Positions 1-8,093 of a stretch of DNA of 49,718 bases are shown here, one piece after another. The stretch is from Thermoplasmata archaeon (GTDB lineage Archaea > Thermoplasmatota > Thermoplasmata > Lutacidiplasmatales > UBA184). The notes below the pieces were generated by a model. It had not been told where the DNA came from, made no database searches, and saw nothing but the letters and a program-made list of their open reading frames with translations. A program made the position numbers and the translations under genes. Within the stretch, counting starts at the first letter, position 1, and every line of letters begins with the position of its first letter. The stretch is taken from NCBI GenBank assembly GCA_021828665.1, contig JAJZDH010000001.1, forward strand, positions 1-49,718, read 5' to 3'.

Positions 1-307
1 TCGAGCCCCCATCCCCTCGAGACCCACCGCGACCATCCTCGCCGAGCCTCCGGTCGGCGACGGGCCGGGACGGGACCCCGAGACATCGCATCGAGATCCA
101 CCGAGGACCGTAGAGGAAGGACGACCCCCCGTCGCAATCTCCCGTGCGGGGTCCCCTGCCGCCCGCTTCGAGGCGGCGGCTCCCTCGCGTTCCCACGGTG
201 AGGGCCGCGCCGCCGGGGGGACCCCGCATCGGGGGTCGCCCCGCACGCTCCTTTCGAGCCTCCTCGTTGGAGGCGCGGGGAGGTGCTCGGCACCGGGCTA
301 GGTGAGC

Positions 308-3300
308 TTACGCCGGAGGGCTTCCTCCGCCCTCGGATCCGGATGAATTCATGCTGCCATCGCTCTGCATCTTGGGAAGTTCCCCCGGATTGGACCCATC
401 GTAGGTCGACGTGGAGCTCGAGCTCGTGGTGGGGCTCGTCGAGGAGGTTCCCCGGCTACCCCCGCCTCCCCGCCGCGATAGCATCACGATGGCGATCGCC
501 GCGACGAGAATGAGGATCACCGCGATCGCCCCGTACAGATAGATCGGGTTCAGGCCTGTCGAGGTTGGGCCCTTGGGCGTAGGTGGACAGGTATTCGTCT
601 GCGTGCAGTTCGTGGGGGGTGGGGACTGTGTCAGCAGGATGGGAACGTAGGTGACATTCCCCGGCGACACCGCCACGGTGGCGAAGCTCAAGCTTTCATA
701 GCCACCGGCGGAGCCCGTGACATTGTAGAAGCCCTTTCCCGCCGGCTCCGTCACATTGAACAATCCCGTGACCAGGTTCACCGTGATGTAGTTCTGATTG
801 ATCTGGACGTGCCCGGTCACCGGGGTGATCGTGCCGTTGATCCACCCCTCGTTCGTGAGCTTGATCGTGAGCGGCGTGGTCTTCTCGGGCACGACGACCA
901 CATCCCATTTGAACAGGCTGTAGCCGGGCGCCGTCGCCGTCACCACATGCGTCCCCCCCGGGAGCTCGGCGGTGGTGAACGACCCCGCACTGACCGTCTG
1001 GGGGACGCCGTCGACCTGCACGAACGCGGTGGTGGGCACGACGGAGATATGGATGTAGCCACCGACCAGGGTCACGGCCACGGAGGTCGTCTGGCGGGGG
1101 TTCACGCTGACGTTATCGAAGAACGGGGCGTATCCGGTGAGACTCCCCTGCACCTCATACGTCCCCCAGGGGACGACCAGCGAAAAGATGCCGGGGGAGA
1201 TGATGCCGGGGGTCGTCCCGTTGATCGTCACGTTGGCCGCGGCCGGCGTGATGGTTCCATTGATCCATCCCGTGGTCCGCGGCAGCACCGCGGAGACCCG
1301 GACGACCTCGAACTGGGAGGTGGGCACCGTGGTCGTGTAGGTCTGGTAGTCCGGACCGGCCGAGATGGTGACCACGTACGACGGTCCCGCCGGGACGGTC
1401 TCGTTGTAGGCGTCCGTTGTCCCGTTGTGGGCCAGCAGGGCCGCCGCCGTCGACCCGATGTGCACCGAGAGGGAGGGGACATTCGGTCCCACGAACCCGA
1501 CGATGAACGCCGCCGGAACCGCGATGTAGTTCGCGGTGAGGCTGGCGCGCTGTCCGCCGTAGGTAAAGATGGCCGGATCCTGCAAACTGGTGGTCAACCC
1601 CGACCAACCGGAGAACTCGTAGACGTAGGTGCTGTTGTCGGAGGCGAACTGGGGCGCCTGGACCCGGACCGCGCTTCCGTTGAGGACCACGACCGACCCC
1701 GGCGCGGAGACGACGGAAGTGGTGGCCGGAGAACTGACCGAGACATTGATCCCGGCCACATTGCTCGAGACATTGACCAAGTGGAGATTGGCGGAGAAGA
1801 TCTGCTCGTTGAGATTCGCGCAGGTGACGTCACGGCAATCCGACCACGTGGCGTAGGCGCCATTCGAGGAACCCACGAGACCGGTGTTCGGACCGAAGTT
1901 CGCGAACCCGGAGGCCCCGGTCAGGCTCGTCTGATCGGAGACCTGGAAGATGGGCGACCACTTGGCTCCCCCATCGGTCGACACCACGGCCTGCTCGGTG
2001 AACTGGCCACTGGTGGAACTGGCCTCGTAGAAGGTGACCCAGAGGTACCCGTTCGCGTCGACCGTGATCTTCGGATCCGCATAGCTGGTGATGCCGGTGA
2101 GATTGGCCGTAAGGTAGACCGGGCTCGACCAGGTCGCGCCACCGTTCGAGCTGCTCGAATAGGCCACGCTCGGTTCGCCGATCGCCGAGAAGGACCGGTT
2201 GTCTCCCCAGACCAGGTACAGCGTGCCTTCATGGGAGGAGCCGGGAACCGTGTTGACCGCCAACGAATAGATGGGGGTCACTTGATAGTTGATGGAGTCG
2301 TCCGGAAGGCTCTTGACCAGGAACACCGAGGGCCCGATCAAGTTCTTCATGACGGACCAGGTGGAACCGTTGTCGGTCGATGTGGCGAGCGAGGTGGTGA
2401 AGCCCGCCGCGGTCGCGGCGACGGAGCCGTTGAGTCCCATGAGATACAGGTCGTAGCTCGGAGCCGGCCCCACGGAAAGGGTGGGGAAGAGCGTGTTGTT
2501 TCCGTGAAGGACGGGCGCCGACCAGGTGACCCCGCCATCCGTCGTCGTGGAGGTGTAGGTGTTGAACGAGGTGGCCGGCGGAGAGACGTACAGCTGGCAG
2601 GTTCCCGAGGAGGCCGACCAGAAGAATTTGCCGCCATAGTTGATCTTCTCTTCGGTCCACGCGACCGTCGCATCCCCGTTCACGGGGTTCATCGCGATCG
2701 ACGGAGTCCCGTACGTCGTGTTGCCTCCCAGGTACCCCGCCACGGCCGTTCCGCCGGTGCAGTTGGCCTGGTTCGTCGGAGCCGGAACAACAACATACAC
2801 GAACGGATTCCACTGGGAGATATCGGCGGTCTGGACCCAGTGAGCGCCTCCGTTCGGGGAGCGGGCCACGGCGACGCCCTGCGGCGCGGTGATATTGGCC
2901 GTGTTGTTGCAGGCGGAGATGGCGGTCGGGGGAAGAACCCCGCAAGCCTGGGTGAACAGGCCCGCCATGAGGAGGTTCCCGGTGCTGTTCGAGGCAAGGC
3001 TCAGCGGCTCGGCTCCCGGCGCGGCGAACGTGGGGTTGAAGAGGGCATTGCCGGCACCCCAGATCGAGCCATAATCCGATGCGCCGGTCTGGCTCCAGGT
3101 GGCGTTGGCCGGGGGCGTTGCGAAGGTGACGGTGCCCCCCACCGTCCGCACGAACTCCACGAGCCCGCTGTGGAAGAAGGAGGCGCTCGGCAGGAAGCCG
3201 CTGTCCCAACCCGTCAGGACGCTTCCGTTCGCAATGGAGTTCCAGCTGTAGATCGCGGTTTCGGTCGAGCTGTTGGACTTGCCGATCAGGGTGGTCGTGG

Positions 3301-3697
3301 AGGAGTAGCTCAGATTGAAGAGGAGCGTGTTCTGCGCCGTCGATCCGTCGGCGGGTCGGGCGAGCGACCGGCCGGCGAGGGACCCGGTCGGAAGATGGAC
3401 GGCCAGCGCCGAGAACGGCGTGGCTGCCGGGAGCGGGTGCGACGAGGGGGCGGCTCCAAAGTTGGCGGCGCCGGTCCGGGCTTCGGTCGCGAAGGGCACG
3501 ACGCTGCCCCTTGGCGCGGGGACCGCGCCGGGACCGAACGTGGAGCTCGAAAGGAGGGCTCCCGAGGGGGAGACCATCACCGCCACCACCAGAAGGACGA
3601 GGGACAGGAGGAGGAAACGACCCCAACGGCCCGAGAGGGGTCCGGAGAGTCTGTTCGCGAGTGGGGCTTCGTTGGTCAGCGTCTGCGATGAGTTCAT
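308..3697 (-). CDS. Membrane-anchored surface glycoprotein with BNR/Asp-box (sialidase-like) beta-propeller and C-terminal beta-sandwich (CarboxypepD_reg/PEGA-like) modules, 1129 aa
   Basis: Full ORF with an N-terminal hydrophobic signal/anchor (FLLLSLVLLVVAVMV). Five Asp-box motifs: SPNGGAHW, TTDGGVTW, STDNGSTW, SSNGGATW, STDGGAKW. Repeated GWINGTITP...ING beta-sandwich modules, then a Pro/Thr stalk and the TM helix IYLYGAIAVILILVAAIAIVML followed by RRGGGG and a Ser/Thr tail. Dozens of N-x-S/T sequons. Its ATG overlaps the upstream stop (tcat at 3694-3697 = ATGA). Confidence 0.85.
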   Translation of the reverse strand: MNSSQTLTNEAPLANRLSGPLSGRWGRFLLLSLVLLVVAVMVSPSGALLSSSTFGPGAVPAPRGSVVPFATEARTGAANFGAAPSSHPLPAATPFSALAVHLPTGSLAGRSLARPADGSTAQNTLLFNLSYSSTTTLIGKSNSSTETAIYSWNSIANGSVLTGWDSGFLPSASFFHSGLVEFVRTVGGTVTFATPPANATWSQTGASDYGSIWGAGNALFNPTFAAPGAEPLSLASNSTGNLLMAGLFTQACGVLPPTAISACNNTANITAPQGVAVARSPNGGAHWVQTADISQWNPFVYVVVPAPTNQANCTGGTAVAGYLGGNTTYGTPSIAMNPVNGDATVAWTEEKINYGGKFFWSASSGTCQLYVSPPATSFNTYTSTTTDGGVTWSAPVLHGNNTLFPTLSVGPAPSYDLYLMGLNGSVAATAAGFTTSLATSTDNGSTWSVMKNLIGPSVFLVKSLPDDSINYQVTPIYSLAVNTVPGSSHEGTLYLVWGDNRSFSAIGEPSVAYSSSSNGGATWSSPVYLTANLTGITSYADPKITVDANGYLWVTFYEASSTSGQFTEQAVVSTDGGAKWSPIFQVSDQTSLTGASGFANFGPNTGLVGSSNGAYATWSDCRDVTCANLNEQIFSANLHLVNVSSNVAGINVSVSSPATTSVVSAPGSVVVLNGSAVRVQAPQFASDNSTYVYEFSGWSGLTTSLQDPAIFTYGGQRASLTANYIAVPAAFIVGFVGPNVPSLSVHIGSTAAALLAHNGTTDAYNETVPAGPSYVVTISAGPDYQTYTTTVPTSQFEVVRVSAVLPRTTGWINGTITPAAANVTINGTTPGIISPGIFSLVVPWGTYEVQGSLTGYAPFFDNVSVNPRQTTSVAVTLVGGYIHISVVPTTAFVQVDGVPQTVSAGSFTTAELPGGTHVVTATAPGYSLFKWDVVVVPEKTTPLTIKLTNEGWINGTITPVTGHVQINQNYITVNLVTGLFNVTEPAGKGFYNVTGSAGGYESLSFATVAVSPGNVTYVPILLTQSPPPTNCTQTNTCPPTPKGPTSTGLNPIYLYGAIAVILILVAAIAIVMLSRRGGGGSRGTSSTSPTTSSSSTSTYDGSNPGELPKMQSDGSMNSSGSEGGGSPPA

Positions 3698-6600
3698 ACG
3701 TGTTCCTCAGGATTCGGAGTCTCCTCGGTGGGAGCCGAGATGCCTAGGCGCGGCTCCTCTTGAAGGTTTGCAGGGCCGGTCGACGGCTCGTCCATCGACG
3801 CCATCGATGCGCCGGGGGACGCGCTGGCGGGCGGCTCGCCGGGCGACGATCCGCGTCGTCGCCGGGCGAAAAGGACCGCCGCGACCAGGGCGGCGAGGCC
3901 GAGCAAGAGAACGCCCACCGCCAGGGTCGGGAAGGCGAAGTTCGTGAACGGGGGAGCGGTGCTGACGCTCAGGGTCGTGTTGGAATAGGCCAGCCGGCCG
4001 TACGGATCCTTGACCACCAGACGGACCTCAAACACGCCCGGGTGGGTGTAGTCGTGCGACGTGAAATTGGCCGGCGTCACCGCCGAGCTTCCGTCTCCGA
4101 AGTTCCAAGTGTAGGTGTACGTGTACGGTGGCACCGGGGTCGCCACGTTGGCCTGGAAGGGCACCTGCGAGTTCGTATACGATCCGGAGGGCGCCTGCAG
4201 GGTGACGACGGGGGGCACCGGCCCGAAGAGGAATTCGACCCAGCCGCTTCCCGTCAAATTGACCTCGGTGGCTCCGCCGCCCACCACGACGCCCGCGCTC
4301 GAATTCCAACCGGTCAGGTAGTCGCCCGCGCACCCCGTGGGATCCACCGCGTAATTTCCCTGGATCAGTTCGACCGACGAGTTGTTGAAGTACTCGGCTC
4401 CCTGGAAGAGGACACCACCGCACGCGGCGGGGGTGACGAGGAAGGTCAGCTGGTACTTGAGGGGGGAGAACAGCGCGGTCAGGATTCCGCTCCCTTCGAG
4501 GGTCAGCGTTCCGGGCCCGAGGAGGGCATCGGTGGTATTCTGCCAGCCGGAGAATCCATACCCGTTGCAGGCGGTGGCCCGCAACGGCACCGGCGCATTC
4601 TCCGGGATGGTGGCGGTCGCTCCATTGGTATAGTTCGCACCGTTGAGGGAGATCGTTCCGCAACGGCTCGGAAGCGTGTACAGGTAGGCGACCGCGAGCG
4701 GATGGAAGATCGCCGTGATGGAACCTGGACCGCTCACGAAGGCCGTGTTGCTTCCCGTGATCTGGATCCCGAGACCGATGGTCGACCAGCCCACGAAGCC
4801 CTCTCCCGCGCACGGAATGGCCCCCAGCGACCAGCTCGTATCCGGCGCCACGTAGGTGGACTGGGTGTCGGCATACGGGACACCCCCGAAGAGGATCTCG
4901 CCGCAGTGAGCCGGGTTGGTCACGAATCCCACCCAGGTCTTCGGAGTGCCCTTGCCGAACGTTGCAATGAGGAAGCCGCTTCCCTGGATGGCCACCCGGT
5001 TGCCGGTGACCTGGATGCCGCCCGAGCCGCTGAGACCCGTCGGATAGAACCCGGCGCAGGAGACCGGATAGGCGGTCGCGTTCGAGATCCCGGTCGCATT
5101 GAGGACGGTGTCGTTCCCGTACGTACCGTTGTAGGCCCCCCCGATCCACCGGATCCCTCCGCAGAATCCCGGAACGGTGATCACCGTGACCAATTTCAGG
5201 GGATAGTTGATCTCGGTCACGGTTCCGGTCTGCTGCACCGTGATCGCACCGGCCGATATGGAGATCCCGGGGGTAACCTCGAACGTCCGGAAACCGTAGT
5301 CCACGCAGGGAAGCTGCTCGATCGGGTACGGGGTTCCCGGTGCGACCGAGACGTTCGAATTGTTGACGTAGCCCGCCCCCCGGAACAAGATCCCGCCGCC
5401 GGGGCAGGACGCCGGTTGCACCTGGAAATCGAGCGTGATCGCCTGGCTGCTCGGGAGGTAGTTCGCGGTGATGGTCCCATTGCCCTGGAGGTACAGGACC
5501 GATCCCAGGATCGCGATCGTCGAGCTATTGGAGACGGTCCACCCCGAGAAGCTCGAAAGCGCGCAGGCCTGCTCGTCGAGAGTGTAGTTCTCATCGTCGA
5601 GGAGGGGAACCGAGGTGGCGAACGAATAGGAGGTCCCGTTGAGTACGATGGTCCCGCATCCGGACGGAGGGTTCGCGATGGCGAGGGAGAGGGTGTCCGT
5701 CGGGCGGATGTAGCGCCAGAACCCCTCCAGCGAGCCATTCGCGGTGATGGTGATCTCCCCCCGCGCCCCGGAAGGAACGGTGATGCCGGCCGACGCCGTC
5801 CAATGGCCGAAGACCCACGGGTAGCAGAGTTGGGCGGAGAGAGGGTAGGTGCCGGCCTCGATCGCGGCCGTCTGCCCGTTCGTATAGCGGGTCCCGTTCA
5901 GGACGATCGCCCCGCAGCTTCCGGCATTGATGGTCACCGAGACCGAGAAGGTCGGGATGGTTTCCCGCTGGACGAACATCGTCTTGAGGCCGGGCGCCGG
6001 AAGGCCGATCACTTCGCCTGCGCTATCGGTGGCCCACACCCGGTAACTGATCTTCCCATCCCCGCCGGTCGCCGGAATCGAGCCGCGGTAATACCCGTTC
6101 GAGAGGGTTCCGTTGGTCCGGTTCATGGTCGCGTTCCCGCCGCTCCCGTCCGGCAAGGTGTACGCCACCGAGACCTTCGAGATGTTTCCCAACACCTGCC
6201 CCAGGACGGTCACATTCAGTCCGGTGGAGGGAGCAACGAATCCACCGCGGGAACTGTTGGTGAGGGAAGTGAGGAAAAGCGGCACGAAGGCGGTCGGATA
6301 CCCGGTGGTCTGGTACTGGTTTCTCCCTCCGAAATTCTGGGTGGCCCAGGGTTTCTGGGTGGGGAAATTGAGCTGGCTTCCGTTGAAGGTGAACTCGGGA
6401 TAGTAGCCGGTGGTGGGGCCGAGGGGGCAAAGGATCCCGGAGATGGGGCTCGAAGCGCAGGCCCCGGTCAGCGACATCGGGGAGAACTCGGCAAACTGGC
6501 CCGAATAGGCCGTGCCGTTGAAGTATGTGGGAGGGTCCAGAACGACCGGGTCGGTGCTGTTGAGCGTCGATTCGGTATAGGAATAGCACGAATACGGCGC

Positions 6601-7578
6601 CGAGTAGTCGCAAAGATCCGCGCCGAAACTGACCCCCATCGGCTCGGAACTCCAATTAAGCGCGCAGTACAGGGAGCACGCCGCGCGGAACGCCGGTCGC
6701 AAGTTCCCGGCCCCCGTCGTGGTGTTGTTGAGGATCACGGAATCATGGAGGGATTGATACGAATCGTTGACATAGATGCGGAGGGGGGAGGTTCCGCTGG
6801 CGTTCCCGACGAACGTGACGTTGAGCTGGTGGCCGCCCTCGACACCGTAGGCCAGGAGCTGGCCCGATCCGCCTCCCAGGAGGTTCTCCATGCAGGCGAA
6901 GCTCGAGCTCACGCTGTTGTTCCAGGTGAATTCGTACGCCGCCGTCGATGGGCAACCGCCGCTGAGCCGGGCCGACCACACCGAAACCACCACGTCGTAG
7001 CTCGCCGACGAGGTGTTGCCGAGGAAGGAAACCTCGGCATAGGATTGGTTGTAGATCGAGCGGGCGTCTCCCGAGACGACCATGCCGAGGTCAAACCCGT
7101 CGAAGATGGATTGGATGCCACCGGAGACGTTGTCCGGTGGCAGGATGAGGGGGAACTCCACCCGGGCCGCCGAGCCCGGAACCGACGAATCGAAGCTCGC
7201 ATGGACCTCATCGTGGAAGGCGTACGAAAGCGGCGGTTGCGGATCGGCGAGGGCACAGGTCAGATTCACGGCGTTCGGGTAGGGGGGCGCGAGGGTGTAG
7301 TCCGAGCCTTGCACCCATTGGTACTCCTCGGTCGTCGTCGGGCACGTAAAGGAGGGGCGGACGAGCATCGAGGGCGAAGCCCCGCCGTATCGTCCCGAAG
7401 GCGCCACCGGACTCGGATGCAAGGAGGCGAGGGGGGGAGCGGCAGCCGACCCGACCCCGGCCACCCCCGGAACGTACGAACTGACGAGGAAGAGGACCAC
7501 GAGAGCGACGGCGAAAGCCCCGCTCCACCGAAGCCGGGACCCAGGCCCCGCCCGTCCCGAGGCCCGAACCTCAGTCAT
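3694..7578 (-). CDS. Membrane-anchored surface glycoprotein, 1294 aa: Cys-rich N-terminal region, seven tandem ~83-aa Cys-pair repeats, one PKD domain, C-terminal TM anchor
   Basis: I chose the internal ATG at 7578 (MTEVRASG...). It follows aaaGGAGGgaaggcggcc and overlaps the stop of the upstream small gene (ATGA at 7575-7578). Signal/anchor is FAVALVVLFLVSSYVPGVAG. The PKD signature is YTYTWNFGDGSS...HDYTHPGVFEVRLVVKDPYG. The TM is FAFPTLAVGVLLLGLAALVAAVLFA followed by RRRRG. The track ORF extends to 7752, but that extension is Arg/Gly/Pro-rich. Confidence 0.85.
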   Translation of the reverse strand: MTEVRASGRAGPGSRLRWSGAFAVALVVLFLVSSYVPGVAGVGSAAAPPLASLHPSPVAPSGRYGGASPSMLVRPSFTCPTTTEEYQWVQGSDYTLAPPYPNAVNLTCALADPQPPLSYAFHDEVHASFDSSVPGSAARVEFPLILPPDNVSGGIQSIFDGFDLGMVVSGDARSIYNQSYAEVSFLGNTSSASYDVVVSVWSARLSGGCPSTAAYEFTWNNSVSSSFACMENLLGGGSGQLLAYGVEGGHQLNVTFVGNASGTSPLRIYVNDSYQSLHDSVILNNTTTGAGNLRPAFRAACSLYCALNWSSEPMGVSFGADLCDYSAPYSCYSYTESTLNSTDPVVLDPPTYFNGTAYSGQFAEFSPMSLTGACASSPISGILCPLGPTTGYYPEFTFNGSQLNFPTQKPWATQNFGGRNQYQTTGYPTAFVPLFLTSLTNSSRGGFVAPSTGLNVTVLGQVLGNISKVSVAYTLPDGSGGNATMNRTNGTLSNGYYRGSIPATGGDGKISYRVWATDSAGEVIGLPAPGLKTMFVQRETIPTFSVSVTINAGSCGAIVLNGTRYTNGQTAAIEAGTYPLSAQLCYPWVFGHWTASAGITVPSGARGEITITANGSLEGFWRYIRPTDTLSLAIANPPSGCGTIVLNGTSYSFATSVPLLDDENYTLDEQACALSSFSGWTVSNSSTIAILGSVLYLQGNGTITANYLPSSQAITLDFQVQPASCPGGGILFRGAGYVNNSNVSVAPGTPYPIEQLPCVDYGFRTFEVTPGISISAGAITVQQTGTVTEINYPLKLVTVITVPGFCGGIRWIGGAYNGTYGNDTVLNATGISNATAYPVSCAGFYPTGLSGSGGIQVTGNRVAIQGSGFLIATFGKGTPKTWVGFVTNPAHCGEILFGGVPYADTQSTYVAPDTSWSLGAIPCAGEGFVGWSTIGLGIQITGSNTAFVSGPGSITAIFHPLAVAYLYTLPSRCGTISLNGANYTNGATATIPENAPVPLRATACNGYGFSGWQNTTDALLGPGTLTLEGSGILTALFSPLKYQLTFLVTPAACGGVLFQGAEYFNNSSVELIQGNYAVDPTGCAGDYLTGWNSSAGVVVGGGATEVNLTGSGWVEFLFGPVPPVVTLQAPSGSYTNSQVPFQANVATPVPPYTYTYTWNFGDGSSAVTPANFTSHDYTHPGVFEVRLVVKDPYGRLAYSNTTLSVSTAPPFTNFAFPTLAVGVLLLGLAALVAAVLFARRRRGSSPGEPPASASPGASMASMDEPSTGPANLQEEPRLGISAPTEETPNPEEHV
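4222..5955 (-). repeat. Seven tandem protein-level repeats (~80-85 aa each) inside CDS 3694..7578, resembling divergent InlB-B-repeat-type modules
   Basis: Recurrent pattern C-G-x-I-x-(L/F)-(N/G)-G-x-x-Y ... C-x-x-(Y/F)-x-F-x-G-W. Examples: SCGAIVLNGTRYTNG..LCYPWVFGHW, GCGTIVLNGTSYSF..ACALSSFSGW, HCGEILFGGVPYAD..PCAGEGFVGW, RCGTISLNGANYTNG..ACNGYGFSGW, ACGGVLFQGAEYFNN..GCAGDYLTGW. Each unit keeps two Cys about 30-35 residues apart. Confidence 0.7.
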
Positions 7579-8006
7579 GGCCGCCTTCCCTCCTTTGGAT
7601 CGAAGATCTCGAAGCTGGGTATATCCTTGAGGTGGCGGATGCGGCGGCCCTTGCCGCCCGTGCCGCCCGAGCTCTGGTACCACTCCTCGTAGGAATACAT
7701 TCCAAGCACTCCCCCCGAAATGGTGAGCGCGAACGGGACCAGCTCGGCCCACGTCGTGTGCGGGAGAGCCGAGGGGACGGCTCCCGAGATCCCGAGCCCG
7801 AGATAGACTCCGGCGGCGAAGAGCAGGATGCCGAGCAAGAGGAGCGCGAGCCAGGTGGAGCTATCGATGGGATCGCTCTCCGGTGCGGCCTTCCCGACGG
7901 GGGCCGCACCGACCGCTGGACGTGGCTCCGGAAAGTCCGAAGGGGCGTCGCGGCCGCCGTTCGAACCGGCTCCCGCCTCCGGCCGAGGTCCACCGCCCGC
8001 GTCCAT
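7575..8006 (-). CDS. Small membrane protein (143 aa, two predicted TM helices), translationally coupled to the downstream giant surface protein
   Basis: ATG at 8006. Disordered Gly/Pro N-terminus, then hydrophobic stretches WLALLLLGILLFAAGVYLGLGISGAV and WAELVPFALTISGGVLGMY, then a basic tail. Its TGA overlaps the ATG of the next gene (ATGA 7575-7578). The competing 179-aa ORF in another frame (7571..8110) is Arg-rich and unconvincing. Confidence 0.6.
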   Translation of the reverse strand: MDAGGGPRPEAGAGSNGGRDAPSDFPEPRPAVGAAPVGKAAPESDPIDSSTWLALLLLGILLFAAGVYLGLGISGAVPSALPHTTWAELVPFALTISGGVLGMYSYEEWYQSSGGTGGKGRRIRHLKDIPSFEIFDPKEGRRP

Positions 8007-8093
8007 CCCGATTCCTGCGAATGCCGCCGTGGGGCCTCGCCGTGGGGTTCACCGGCCCGCCGCGGGATCCGCCGGTCGTGGGGCCACAACGGC

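Noticed and set aside
1-307. Possible gene fragment at the left edge
   Set aside because: I see no convincing open frame with protein-like translation or signals, and it is too short to judge. It is left unannotated.
809-3691. 960-aa plus-strand ORF antisense to the BNR surface-protein gene. Similar long antisense or alternate-frame ORFs: 3760..7692 (+), 7632..11024 (+), 19268..21985 (+), 16921..18726 (+), 22783..24393 (+), 27178..29124 (+), 34881..36368 (+), 40070..42277 (+), 41898..44381 (+), 45445..48162 (+)
   Set aside because: The translations are overwhelmingly Arg/Gly/Pro/Asp/His with no hydrophobic cores, motifs or signals. They mirror genes on the opposite strand that have clear domain content. 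High GC suppresses stop codons in all frames, so these are shadow ORFs.
7579-7752. N-terminal extensions offered by the ORF track for several genes: 7579-7752, 11808-11900, 13657-14268, 28027-28173, 28307-28549, 44385-44429, 48133-48732
   Set aside because: The extensions are compositionally non-protein-like. They overlap upstream genes or promoter boxes, and better-supported internal starts exist (ATGA coupling, SD, or TATA at leaderless distance).
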